Part shown: in pieces, positions 50,488-60,449 of the stretch | How positions within the stretch are numbered: position 1 is the stretch's first letter | Layout: each line of letters begins with the position of its first letter | DNA from: Candidatus Multivoradales bacterium | Lineage (GTDB): Bacteria > Acidobacteriota > Thermoanaerobaculia > Multivoradales > J023 | Assembly (NCBI GenBank): GCA_965250305.1 | Contig: CBDFNS010000023.1 | Coordinates: forward strand, 182,623-246,622 | Reading direction: 5' to 3' | Length of the DNA: 64,000 nt | The notes under the pieces: generated by a model | Told to the model about the DNA's origin: nothing | The model's input: the letters and a program-made list of their open reading frames with translations, nothing else | The model's database searches: none | Translations under genes and position numbers: made by a program

Positions 50488-50966
50488 CTACTTGGGGACT
50501 GCGATGGCCTTGACGCCGGTCAGGGCCGCGGTAGTCGAGACATACCCGATGCCACCCGGATTGCGGTTCACGAACGCGAGGACTTCACTGTCATTCGACA
50601 GTTCTGGCGGTGGCACGTCGCGGCCTGAGAAGATCCGGCGTTGCCAGTAGCTCTTGATCCGATCGACCGAGCGTCCGTGGATTTCGGCGGAGAAGCTCTC
50701 GCGGAGTGCCGCATTCGCCACCTGGTCGACCGGTTGGGCCACCTCACGCGATTCCGCCCAGCGGGTTACTTTCTTCAGGAAATATCCTGAAACTTCACTC
50801 TTGCTCAACGCGGTCGTCTGGTTGTCGATGTGGACAATGACGACAAAGTCATCGTTCTGAGCGAATGCCAGCGGCAGACCGATCAGTACGCTCACAATCA
50901 AGACCGTACCCAAGGCGCTACCTCGACGGACCGCGCGGTGGCGTTTTCTAGATGGTGATGAGTGTT
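50488..50966 (-). CDS. Periplasmic substrate-binding-like protein (PBP-fold, phosphate-binding type)
   Basis: Signal peptide, then AVPKAIAVKGVTLAATTSVYGIGGPNRNVF-like PBP N-lobe pattern. The start (GTG 50966) is uncertain. Confidence 0.45.
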
Positions 50967-51122
50967 TCACGATACGTCCGAGGACTTCGTAGGGGCGAAG
51001 TCGGCAGGTGATTTTCGCCAGCAATGCTAGCACATGGCGCAGAGGTAGGCGAGATTGGGCCAGCCCATGCTGTGGCCCAGGCGGCTACCATGTGGGCATA
51101 AGGAGCGTTATCATGGCGGACG

Positions 51123-51542
51123 ATGTCGATTGCTGATCTCCCGACCCTCAACGCGTCACTGAACGCGACTGCGGCGGCACTCCTTCTTGTGGGATTCGCC
51201 ATGATCCGTAGTGGTCGCCGACGTGGTCATCAATGGTGCATGACCGTCGCATTCGGCTGTTCTGTCCTGTTCCTGGTCTCCTATCTCTACTACCACTCCC
51301 ACGCCGGATCGACCCCATTTCAGGGTACCGGCGGTATTCGTACGGTGTATTTTGCCGTACTGCTCAGCCACACCGTCCTGGCCGCGTTGGTACCGTTTTT
51401 GGCAGTTGTGACTCTGTATCGAGCGCGGCGCGGTGACTTCGATCGCCACCGGCGTATCGCACGCTGGACCTTGCCGATTTGGCTCTACGTCTCGGTGACC
51501 GGCGTTGTGGTGTATTGGATGCTCTATCGCCTCGACCTTTGA
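51123..51542 (+). CDS. DUF420-family membrane protein
   Basis: 139 aa, four TM segments, and the His pattern HTVLAA / HRRIARW typical of DUF420. Confidence 0.65.
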   Translation: MSIADLPTLNASLNATAAALLLVGFAMIRSGRRRGHQWCMTVAFGCSVLFLVSYLYYHSHAGSTPFQGTGGIRTVYFAVLLSHTVLAALVPFLAVVTLYRARRGDFDRHRRIARWTLPIWLYVSVTGVVVYWMLYRLDL

Positions 51543-51544
51543 AG

Positions 51545-52651
51545 TCAGTTGGTGACGATGACGCCGCCACCGAGGCAGATATTGTCGTCGTAGAGCACGG
51601 CGGACTGGCCGGCTGCGATACCCGGATCGGGGGTCTCGAGTTTGACATCGAGGCCTCCATGGTTGGCACTGCGAACATGGCAAGGTGCTGGATGCGGCCC
51701 ATGACGAACCTTGGTGGCCAGCGTGAGCCCCGCGTCGAGGCCGGCTGGTGGCGTACCGGCGATCCAGTGGGGGTCTGCAACCGTGAACCGGTCGCTCCGG
51801 TGGTCTGCCAGTCCGTTGGCGTGCACAACGAACACAACGTTGGACGCGACGTCTTTGGCGGCGACGTACCACGGACCGCCATGGAGTCCCAGACCACGGC
51901 GCTGGCCAACGGTGTGGAACCAAAGACCGCGATGGTGGCCCAGAACGTGGTCCGTTCCGAACTCTCGGATTTCACCGGAGCGCTCGCCGAGATAGCTGTG
52001 AACGAACGCGTCGAATGGAACCTTGCCCAAAAAACAGATGCCTTGGCTGTCCGGCCGATCGCGGTTGGGCAGCCCGAGGTGCGCGGCCACGGCACGGACC
52101 TCATCCTTGCGTTTCGCGCCCAATGGAAACATACAGCGTGCAAGTTGCCGCTGATCGAGTCGGTAGAGGAAGTAGGTCTGGTCTTTGACCGGGTCGACGC
52201 CGCGCAGCAAGCTCGTTACCCCATCGCGACGTTCCAGCTGGGCGTAGTGGCCTGACACGACCCGATCAAACCGGTTCATGTTCGGATCAATGTTCGCGTC
52301 TATGTTCGCCTCGTCGAGGGCGTCGAAGAAGGCGCCGAATTTGATCCTCCGGTTGCACAGAATATCTGGACTCGGGGTGCGGCCTTCGGCCAGCTCATGG
52401 ATGGCGTCGGCCACCACCTGCTCGTGGTACGCACGCTGCAAAGACAGCACTTCGAGCGCGACGCCAGCTTGGTCGCACACGGCCCGTGCGTAGCCGAGGT
52501 CATCCTCCCAAGGGCAAGTACCGAGGTCGGCCAGTTCGTCTTCGAGCCAGATTTTGAGGTAGAACGCGTGGACTTCGTGGCCAGCGTCTTGGGCCAAGTG
52601 CAGCGCTACGGAGCTATCGACGCCGCCCGAAAGCAGCACAGCGACCTTCAT
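51545..52651 (-). CDS. mnmA: tRNA-specific 2-thiouridylase MnmA
   Basis: MKVAVLLSGGVDSSVALHL (PP-loop SGGxDS) and the rest of the MnmA layout. ATG at 52651 overlaps the MMPL stop (ATGA). Confidence 0.92.
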   Translation of the reverse strand: MKVAVLLSGGVDSSVALHLAQDAGHEVHAFYLKIWLEDELADLGTCPWEDDLGYARAVCDQAGVALEVLSLQRAYHEQVVADAIHELAEGRTPSPDILCNRRIKFGAFFDALDEANIDANIDPNMNRFDRVVSGHYAQLERRDGVTSLLRGVDPVKDQTYFLYRLDQRQLARCMFPLGAKRKDEVRAVAAHLGLPNRDRPDSQGICFLGKVPFDAFVHSYLGERSGEIREFGTDHVLGHHRGLWFHTVGQRRGLGLHGGPWYVAAKDVASNVVFVVHANGLADHRSDRFTVADPHWIAGTPPAGLDAGLTLATKVRHGPHPAPCHVRSANHGGLDVKLETPDPGIAAGQSAVLYDDNICLGGGVIVTN

Positions 52652-54771
52652 GATGGGTTGCGCTTGATCGTCGCGAGTGCGGGGAGCACGAGCAGGGTCA
52701 TGGCCGCCGCCGCAAGGGTACCGAGGGCGACCGCCAGGCCAAACCGTTGGGTCGGTGGGAAGCTCGACAGCGCAAAGAGACCGAAACCGCCAGCGAGAAT
52801 GGCCATGGCGCCGAGCACGGGGGGTGCTAGTTGCGCCCGGGCGTTGCGCCACGCGGCTACGGCACCGTCGCCCTCCCGCCGCCGCCGCCGTACCGCGCTG
52901 ACCAAGTGGATCATGCCGTCGATTCCCAAGGCGATCGCAACATTGGCCGCGGGCGACGAGATGAAGTCTACGGGGAGTTTTGCGTGACCAAAGACACCGA
53001 GTAGCACGATCGGTACCGCCACCAGGCTGATCACCATGGCACTTGCGACACGGGCGCCACGGGCGACCAAGATGGCGACCACAGCGAAGAGCACCATGAG
53101 CGCGCCGAGGCCCGTGATCAAACTCGAACGGACCAACGCGCCCAGCCGCGCTTGGAGATCATAGATACCGCCGACCTGTGCTGTCTCGAGGCCGGCTTTG
53201 GCGACCATCGCTTCGAGGCGGTTGATCACAACACGGCGCGGTTCGGTACGACCTTGCTCGCGCATGCGCACGAGAAATAGGGCGCGGGTTCGGTCTTCGG
53301 TCAGGAAGCTGCGGGCGATGTTGTCGAACTGGGGGCTGCCCAGCACCGAGATCAAACCGCCGAGGGGAAGAAAGCGCGCCAAGGGCACCAGGCGGGCTTC
53401 GGCCACGAGCAACGGAAGCGAAAGTGTCATGCCTGTCGCCGGGTCTGCGTCGAGTGCCTGCTGCAAAGCTTCCAGCCGCGCGAAGGAGTCTGCGTCGTCG
53501 AGCTTGCCTTCCGGTGCAGCGGGATCGCCTACTTCGATCAGAAGCGGGCTCGAGCCACCGCTATCGTCGATTAAGGCAATGCCGTCGCGAATTTCGCCAC
53601 CCTCGGCAAAGAAATCGAGCAGGCTGGGATCGGTTTCGATACGAAACAGTCCCGGCGCCGCGACCAGGGTCACGACCGCGAGCACGGCCGCACCCACCCA
53701 GCCGATCGGACGTCCAAAATTCGTTTGGTCGGGCTGCTTCCCGTTGGCCGCGGGGCGCCACATCCGCGGGTAGAGGCCGTAGGCCATTGCGATGGCAACC
53801 AACGTGCCGACCATGCCCGAAACGGCCAATTCGCGCAGTGGCTTGGCGTGGGCGAGGAGCAGACTGCCGAAGCCGAGGAGGGTGGTGAGCATGGCCCAAA
53901 ATGAGGCGGGCAACGTCATCGCCACCGCGCGCTCTGCAAGATTGCCTGCGACCGCTGGCAGGGAGATCGTGGTCGCCTCCGTCGCCAGCTCCTTCGCCAG
54001 GCGGCGTCCATTGGCGGTCAAGAAGACGATGTGGGAGAGCGTGAGCACGAAAACGATGGTCACGATATTGGCGGTCAATACGCCAATCGGCACCCCGAGC
54101 ACGTGGAGGACCGTAAGGGTAACCGCACAGGCGGCGACACAGCACGTCAGCGTACCCACGACCACATGCCAGGAGCGGTAGATCAGGGCGATCAGAAGTC
54201 CGAAGGCGATCAACGCGGCCAGGCTGAACGTCCGCAGGTCACGCTTCAGGGCGCGTCGGATTTGCTCCACCGCGTACGGAACCCCCGAAGCCCGCAAGAC
54301 GAATGAGGGTGAGTCGTGACGTGCCAGAATGGGCTCCAGCTGGGCGACGAGGTCGGTCTGCGCGTCGCCCGAAACCGATACGACCAAGTTGGTCAAGCTC
54401 GGATCGTCGGCCACGAGCAGGAGTCGGCCCCACAGTGGGCTTCCCGGCACTGTCTTGGGGTCGAGCGGGCCGCTGGTGAGACTCTGGACCCCGGTGACGC
54501 CGGGTACGGCTGCCAGCGTCGTACTCAAGGCGTCGATCTTCTCCAAGGTCTCGGGTGCCAAAGGATCGGCGACCCGCGCGCTCAAGAAGACCTGCTCACC
54601 GGTTGGAAAGCGCGAGGCGATGGCGTTGCTCGATTGCAGCGCTGGGTCGTCGCTGGCGAAGAAAAAGTCACTCTCCACCTTTGGTGTCAGGTCCACCACC
54701 GTGGCGAGTGCGACCACGCTCGCCAGCGTGGCGACAACGAGGGGGGCGAAAGCGAGGCGAATGAGCTTCAT
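52648..54771 (-). CDS. MMPL/RND-superfamily exporter (HpnN-like)
   Basis: About 12 TM segments in two bundles, each with a large periplasmic loop. 707 aa. Confidence 0.82.
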   Translation of the reverse strand: MKLIRLAFAPLVVATLASVVALATVVDLTPKVESDFFFASDDPALQSSNAIASRFPTGEQVFLSARVADPLAPETLEKIDALSTTLAAVPGVTGVQSLTSGPLDPKTVPGSPLWGRLLLVADDPSLTNLVVSVSGDAQTDLVAQLEPILARHDSPSFVLRASGVPYAVEQIRRALKRDLRTFSLAALIAFGLLIALIYRSWHVVVGTLTCCVAACAVTLTVLHVLGVPIGVLTANIVTIVFVLTLSHIVFLTANGRRLAKELATEATTISLPAVAGNLAERAVAMTLPASFWAMLTTLLGFGSLLLAHAKPLRELAVSGMVGTLVAIAMAYGLYPRMWRPAANGKQPDQTNFGRPIGWVGAAVLAVVTLVAAPGLFRIETDPSLLDFFAEGGEIRDGIALIDDSGGSSPLLIEVGDPAAPEGKLDDADSFARLEALQQALDADPATGMTLSLPLLVAEARLVPLARFLPLGGLISVLGSPQFDNIARSFLTEDRTRALFLVRMREQGRTEPRRVVINRLEAMVAKAGLETAQVGGIYDLQARLGALVRSSLITGLGALMVLFAVVAILVARGARVASAMVISLVAVPIVLLGVFGHAKLPVDFISSPAANVAIALGIDGMIHLVSAVRRRRREGDGAVAAWRNARAQLAPPVLGAMAILAGGFGLFALSSFPPTQRFGLAVALGTLAAAAMTLLVLPALATIKRNPS

Positions 54772-54894
54772 GATGGAGAAACGTACGGGGGCGGTTCGCG
54801 TTACAGCAGGCAGCTTATCGTAGCGCCGGGAACTTTATTTGATCCGATAGGCTGTGCCGGCCACCTCGTCCCACCGAATCGTCGAGGAATCGAA

Positions 54895-55434
54895 ATGACG
54901 CGAAATGACCCATCCCAATCCGTGATCGAGACAGAACGCCTTGTGCTGCGTCATTTCGCGCCTTGCAACGCATCGTTCGTGATCGAGTTACTCAACGATC
55001 CTGCATTTCTCGAGTACATTGGCGATAAGGGCGTGCGAACAGAGGTCGATGCCCTCCGCTATATTCAAGGGCTGGTGGACGGCTACACGCGTTTGGGATT
55101 TGGTCTCTACCTCGTTGTGCGCCGGCGCGATGGCGAACGGGTCGGCATGTGTGGGTTGGTACGGCGAGATACACTCGACGATGTCGATGTCGGCTTTGCG
55201 TTTCTTCGGCAACACTGGTCACGTGGCTACGCGTTCGAAGCGGCCGAGGCTGTGCTTGCCTTTGCCCAAGTGACGCTCGGCTTTGAGCGCATCGTCGCGG
55301 TCGTGTCGCCCGACAATGCTAGCTCCAAGCGACTACTGGGCAAGCTCGGTATGCGCTTCGAGCGGCGGCTGTGTTTGTCGGCGGATGAAAGTGAAGTCGA
55401 GCTGCACGGGATCGTAATGGGATCCCCGCGATAA
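54895..55434 (+). CDS. GNAT-family N-acetyltransferase (RimJ/RimL-like)
   Basis: ETERLVLRHF...GMCGL...QHWSRGYAFEAAEAVLAFA is the acetyl-CoA-binding motif A. ATG at 54895. Confidence 0.8.
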   Translation: MTRNDPSQSVIETERLVLRHFAPCNASFVIELLNDPAFLEYIGDKGVRTEVDALRYIQGLVDGYTRLGFGLYLVVRRRDGERVGMCGLVRRDTLDDVDVGFAFLRQHWSRGYAFEAAEAVLAFAQVTLGFERIVAVVSPDNASSKRLLGKLGMRFERRLCLSADESEVELHGIVMGSPR

Positions 55435-55839
55435 GGCTGCTTAAGGCTTGGTTCCCGGTTCGCGTAGCCAGATCTCAGCGGTCGCGTGGCTTGGTCGGTT
55501 GTGTAAGACCGCGAACTCGAGCGCGATCTCTCGATCGAAAGGTGTTTGAAAACCATGTTGCTCTTTGGTCGCGATGCAGTCGGATCCCGACCCGAATCCT
55601 TCAGGTTTCCTTTCTGAGCCGTGATCGTGACGGTCTGCGCGGCGATTCGGACCTTTCTGTCATCATCATGAAACGCCTACTCCCCGTTCGTGGTGGTTCG
55701 CGCCTTGTGTGCGTTCTACACAAGACCAACGACGAAGAGCAGCGCTTCTTTCACCGCTATTGGCTTCCGTGGCGTAGGTGTCGTAGCGCGCTGACGCTCG
55801 AGTAGGTCGAGCTGAGTAGGGAACCGGGAAGCTGGGGTG

Positions 55840-56500
55840 TGGCAGTGGCTGTGATCGCGGCCCTGTTTGTGGCCGGCTGGGGTGCCAGGGCGACGTCAAC
55901 TTCTGCGCGCGGGGGTGACCAGCGCCCTATCCTGGAACCGAGGCTTTCCGCTGGGGGGTCGATGGGGCCGACGACGCGCGGGCCAAGGTCCGCCGATTGG
56001 CCGAGGCTGGCGTCGACGTCATCAAGCTGGTGGATCAAGACCAGATGACCATGGACGAGGTGCGTGCCATCGTCGATGAAGCCCACGCACATGAACTACC
56101 GGTGGTCGCGCACTCCCACCGGCCGGAAGAGATCCGGCCCGGCATCGAGGTTGGGATCGATTGCTTCGAGCACACGGGTTTGGGCTTCGCGAAAGCGGGG
56201 TGGTGCTGTTAATCGGTACCGACAGTGGCGTACCCGGGGTCTTTCATAGCGACGCCACCTGGCGAGAGATTGAGACGTGGGTCCACATGTTCGGCATCGA
56301 GCCGATGCAGGCGATCAAGTCGGCAACTTTCGGCAACTTACTGGCCAGCGGTGGCGGTGGGCGTCGAAGACGAGGTGGGCACGATTGCCGAAGGGAAGAT
56401 CGCCGACATCATTGCGGTTCGAGGCGACGTGCTACGACATGTGGCCCTGTTGCAGCGTGTCGACCTGGTCATCAAGAGGGGACGCCTTGTGGAGTAATGG
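55840..56500 (+). pseudogene. Frameshifted remnant of an amidohydrolase paralogous to 30873..32195
   Basis: Three frames carry successive pieces: ...ELPVVAHSHRPEEI..., ...IGTDSGVPG..., ...GKIADIIAVRGDVLRHVALLQRVDLVIKRGRLVE. These align with the active-site and C-terminal segments of the intact gene. Confidence 0.6.
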
Positions 56501-56711
56501 ACTGTGCTGGCTTTGGATCGTGGCCACGAATGCTCCCGAGCCGTCCATGCTCGACGGGCTCGACGGCGTGCGTTTGTTGGCTTGCCCGTGGCGAAAGAAT
56601 TGGGCTCGGGGGGCAGCGCGGTACCAGAAGGTCGGAGGGTGGCTGTTTGCCGGCGCCTTTCGGCTTCTTGCCGGTGCCTCAATTCCAACCATGGCCCGTA
56701 GACCTGCTCCC

Positions 56712-56745
56712 CCTCCCGTCACACCGGACATGCGGTTTTCCCACA
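56712..56745 (-). ncRNA. Group II intron domain V hairpin
   Basis: Minus-strand GCCGGATGTGGGAAAACCGCATGTCCGGT folds as a 34-nt stem with a GAAA loop and resembles the DV consensus (AGCCGUAUG..GAAA..CAUGUACGGU), with CGC in the triad position. It lies about 45 nt 3' of the RT stop. Confidence 0.5.
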
Positions 56746-56790
56746 TCCGGCGTTGCCAACCGACTCAGCCGCAAGGTTTATGAGACTTTG

Positions 56791-58284
56791 CTACTCGGCG
56801 GCGCTGCCTCGATAGATCCTGTAGTCGTAGAAAAGCTTCCACTTTCCATAGATCTCATCGGGGCTCCACGTCGTCCAAGAGCGTCCCCCTTTTCGTTTCG
56901 GGCGCTGCCGAGAAGCGAACCGCCGGATCTTTGCATCAATCTGCCAGCTTACGAATTGAAGATCCCTCCCCGCATTTCCCCAGCGAAAGTAGTTCACCCA
57001 CCCACGGACTCGTGGATTGATCTCCTGGACGATCACATCGGCAACGGGAACGTGCCGACGCTTTCGAAGGAGATCCCGAATCTCGCGGAGAAAACGGGTG
57101 CGCTTTTCCTTCTGTGGCCGCCGTAGGACCTTCTTCTTGCCTAGAACTTTCCGGTCCGGAACCAGCCGAAACGTAAAACCTAGGTAGTTGAAGGGTTCCC
57201 CGGCATCGAAGCGGATCATGTGGGTCTTCTCCTCGTTAACCGTCAAACCAATTCTCTCCAACTCTTCCCTCAGGCGGCGTTCTACCTTCGGCGCCCAGGC
57301 TCGTGCTCGGGGATGGGTACTGACCTGCACCAGCAGATCGTCGGCGAAGCGCGTGTAGCGGATCACCTCGTATTCTCCCTGCCGAGTCACGCTTTGGGCA
57401 CGCTCCAGCATCCGGTCGACATCGTTCAAGTACAAGTTTGCCCACAGCGGCCCGATCACCGAGCCCTGTGGAACTCCTCGCTTGCCCGACGCCTTCAGGA
57501 TCAGCTTGCACAGCCGTAGCACGTCACGATCGCGGATTCTGCGCGCCAACTTCAAGAGCAGGAGATCGTGCCTCACACTGTCGAAGTAGCTACGCAGGTC
57601 GAGATCGAGGACTTGCTGCAGTTTGCGATTCAGCCCCTCGTAGACCCGACCCAACGCTTGGTGGGCCGTGCGCCGAGGACGGTAACCGAACGAACCTGGT
57701 TGAAAATCCGACTCGAAGATCGGCTCGATCACCAGGCGCAGCGCACCTTGCACGACTCGATCTCGAATTGCCGGAATCTTCAACCCACGCCGCTTGCCGC
57801 CTCCCTTGGGAATACTCACTTCTCGACTGGGCAATGGACGGTAGGTTCGTTCTTGCAGCTCTTCGCTCAGAGTCAGAAGAAAACTCTCGACTCCCTCCGC
57901 TTCGATCTGCGCGAACGTCACTCCATCGATACCCGGCGCACCGTTATTCTTCTTGGCGAAACGGTACGCCGCCCCCAGCACGTCGAGCTTCCACACATGT
58001 GTGTAGAGGCCCCAGAAACGGTGGTGGGAATCTGCCTTCGCCTTTCGGCCTATCCGCTTCCTTAGATCCTGCACGCCAATGGAGGTCGTTGTCTTCCTCA
58101 CTGTGCCTCTCTTCGTCTGCGGTTCGTCGATCAGCTGGGCCCCTTTGCAACTTTCGGCTCGCCGGCCGGAAGTTCCTCTGCTCTCGGCGAGGTCCCGTCG
58201 CATTACCAACGGTTCATCACTCGTACGGGCCCAGCTGCCACCCTCTGACCTTCGGCCCTGTTGCCAGGGTCTACCTTGCTCCAA
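56791..58284 (-). CDS. Group II intron-encoded reverse transcriptase/maturase (no HNH domain)
   Basis: RT motifs 0-7 including NGAPGIDGVTF, FGYRPRRTAHQAL, RYTRFADDLLV (YADD variant FADD) and maturase X motif INPRVRGWVNYFRWGNA. The true start is probably internal (MRRDLAE, about 58203). Confidence 0.88.
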   Translation of the reverse strand: MEQGRPWQQGRRSEGGSWARTSDEPLVMRRDLAESRGTSGRRAESCKGAQLIDEPQTKRGTVRKTTTSIGVQDLRKRIGRKAKADSHHRFWGLYTHVWKLDVLGAAYRFAKKNNGAPGIDGVTFAQIEAEGVESFLLTLSEELQERTYRPLPSREVSIPKGGGKRRGLKIPAIRDRVVQGALRLVIEPIFESDFQPGSFGYRPRRTAHQALGRVYEGLNRKLQQVLDLDLRSYFDSVRHDLLLLKLARRIRDRDVLRLCKLILKASGKRGVPQGSVIGPLWANLYLNDVDRMLERAQSVTRQGEYEVIRYTRFADDLLVQVSTHPRARAWAPKVERRLREELERIGLTVNEEKTHMIRFDAGEPFNYLGFTFRLVPDRKVLGKKKVLRRPQKEKRTRFLREIRDLLRKRRHVPVADVIVQEINPRVRGWVNYFRWGNAGRDLQFVSWQIDAKIRRFASRQRPKRKGGRSWTTWSPDEIYGKWKLFYDYRIYRGSAAE

Positions 58285-59094
58285 GGGATTTCTCCTTGGG
58301 GTCAGGAGGGCTTCGCCAGTTCCGATGCAACCCTTCCTTGCGTGCCACCGCCATTACCCCGCCGGATTTGCGGCCGGTCATCAGCCAGATTTCCGACCCC
58401 AATGCTGCCTTCGCCCTACCCCGAGCGGCTCGGCTTCCGGATCGTCTCCTCACGAGGATTGCGCAGCGTTCGATACCTGCGGCCCACAAGGTCGCTCCCC
58501 AGTCCGGGACTGGGTTTGTCAGGAGACTTCGCACCCCGCTTTCGCATAGAGCACGCCTCCTCAGCTTCATGGTTCTGGCTCTTGCCATGTTGGGACTCTC
58601 ACCCACTGGGTTACATCAGCTTCTCTGGTCATACCGGGGTGGAGCGAGGACCTACACAGCCTCATGCGTTCGTTTCTTGGCATGGCGGATCTGTTGTTCT
58701 GCTGCGGGCGGAAAACGAATCAAGTCCGGCGCAGCGTAGCGTAGCCGGACTCCACTGAACCGCGATCCGTACTCTTCGAACACCTCGAAGACTCGGCAGA
58801 TGCCTGGGGCTAAAGGCCCAGGCTATGTGCAACCACCCCGTTCGGGGTGAAGAATTCGCCGCGTTTCACGCCGGAGACGTGACGGTTCATAGCCTGGGAT
58901 TTCAATCCCAGGCTACTGTAGGGTCCCACGCGTTTTCGTGACCACCATGGCCTGGCATTCCGGATAGGAGCGGGTTCGGTTAGATTCGCCGTCGGCTCAT
59001 TTCGGATGATCGGGGTGGGGAAACGGGAAATCGCCGAGGCCTCCACGGTTGGCGCCAGCAGTGGCACGCGGGCGATCTTGGGACGGCCGACGTA

Positions 59095-59622
59095 ATGCAT
59101 GGTCCCCGGCTGCTGGTCAAGGGACGAGGTGGCCGTGACAAGACGTACCTGCACGCCTTCCTCGACGATGCGTCGCGGATTGTTCCCTTCGCGGCTTTCT
59201 ACCGCAGCGAGAATGCCGCTTGCTTCACCGACTGCTTCAAGCAGGCGATGCTGCGCGATCTCGGCGCGCTGAATCGCGTTTTCTGCCACCAGATTGCCTT
59301 CGAGCTCGGTATCCCGGCCCCTTTCTCCTAGGCTCAGACCCTGCGAGCGGTCCACGACGAAATCAAGCGGCTCGATGTCGAACGAAGGCTGACCGTCCTC
59401 TTGGTCGTCGACGAGGCACAGAATCTCAGCCCCCAGGTACTCGCTCTCTTGCCCACCATCACCAATTTCGAATGGGATGCCGCGGGAAGGCTGGCGCTCG
59501 TCCTCGCAGGGCAGCTCGGACTCCGCCAAAGGCTACGACTCGCCCACCTCGAACCTCTCGCTCAGAGAATCACCGTCGAGCCCGAACATGTACTCCATGC
59601 GGCCGAGGAGCTGAGAGCATGA
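59095..59622 (+). pseudogene. Degenerate ExeA/TniB/IstB-like AAA (AAA_22) transposition ATPase fragment
   Basis: VVDEAQNLSPQVLALL...LVLAGQLGLRQRL is the Walker B plus downstream signature of ExeA-like ATPases. Upstream is a degenerate Walker A (GRGGRDKT). It is interrupted by in-frame stops and is too short to be functional. Confidence 0.45.
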
Positions 59623-59873
59623 ATGCACCCGAACCCATCCTCGGCTATCTCGAACAGAGAATGCCCGGCTATCCCTTCGACCCCAAGCTCGACCATGATT
59701 TCGTCTGCGAGCTTATCGACGACTTCGCCGAGGTCGACATACTCGAACAGACCAAGGCTTTTCGCTGGTACCACGACAACAAACCAGCTGAAAAACACAA
59801 GAACCTACGAACCGCACTACGCCGCTGGCTCGCAGGCGCTTGGAAACAAAAACCAAGCAACACCACCCACTGA
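59619..59873 (+). CDS. Small conserved-looking hypothetical protein (84 aa)
   Basis: GAGGAG RBS then ATG (MNAPEPILGYLEQRMPGYPFDPKLDHDFVCELIDDF...). Looks mobile-element associated but unassigned. Confidence 0.35.
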   Translation: MNAPEPILGYLEQRMPGYPFDPKLDHDFVCELIDDFAEVDILEQTKAFRWYHDNKPAEKHKNLRTALRRWLAGAWKQKPSNTTH

Positions 59874-60020
59874 CAAACAACACGACCGTCAAACTCCCGG
59901 ACTGCGCCGCCACCGAGCCAGTCCGGGATTCTTGCTCTCTCCTCGCTCTACCGCGGCGGTCCATTCCGAGAAACAAGCCACGGAACTACGTGGGACGCGA
60001 CAGAGTCGCATCGGTGTTGG

Positions 60021-60401
60021 ATGCGCTCGCTTGCGTTGGAGGAGGTGAGCACGCGGGTGGTGTTCAATGACTACCTCGGTGGTGTCGAGCAGCTCGAGGA
60101 GCGGGTTGCGACCCTCAGCCAGGAGATCGAGGAGGTCTTGATGAAGGCTCCCGACGTGGAGCAAGTAGGCTGGCTGCGTTGTTTCCGTGGGATCGATACA
60201 ACCACAGCGATGACGATCCTGTCGGAACTTCACGACTTCCGACGTTTCGAGGATCCACGTAGGTTGATGGCCTACCTGGGCCTTGTGCCGTCGGAGCACA
60301 GCAGTGAAGATCGCCGGCGCCGTGGAGCGATCACGAAGGCCGGTAACAGCCACGTGCGGCGCGCGAACTGGCCGGTTTCGTCTGGGGTGCGTTGTACTTG
60401 A
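60021..60401 (+). pseudogene. 3' fragment of an IS110-family transposase (N-terminal DEDD domain missing)
   Basis: GIDTTTAMTILSELHDFRRFEDPRRLMAYLGLVPSEHSS...RRGAITKAGNSHVRRA matches the IS110 C-terminal domain. It is truncated just before the left IR of the IS5-like element. Confidence 0.6.
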
Positions 60402-60449
60402 AGCTGGAGAGGACGGATCGATCGAGGCACGAACGGAGGATCTGCGGCC

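Larger units (their letters stand above)
56670..58870 (-). mobile_element. Group II intron (En-minus RT/maturase lineage, domain V with CGC triad); boundaries approximate
   Basis: An RT/maturase ORF flanked 3' by a domain-V-like hairpin and 5' by about 600 nt of non-coding, structured sequence. The exact splice sites were not located. Confidence 0.55.

Noticed and set aside
56791-58284. Possibility that the reverse transcriptase is a retron/defence-associated RT rather than a group II intron
   Set aside because: The maturase X motif (RGWVNYFRWGNA), a downstream domain-V-like hairpin, and 5' non-coding structured sequence fit a group II intron. No msr/msd-like inverted repeats or effector gene are adjacent.
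58810-59529. 239-aa minus-strand ORF
   Set aside because: The plus strand carries recognisable AAA_22 Walker-B/sensor motifs. The minus-strand ORF is Glu/Gly-rich with no motif and is likely an antisense artefact over a pseudogene.
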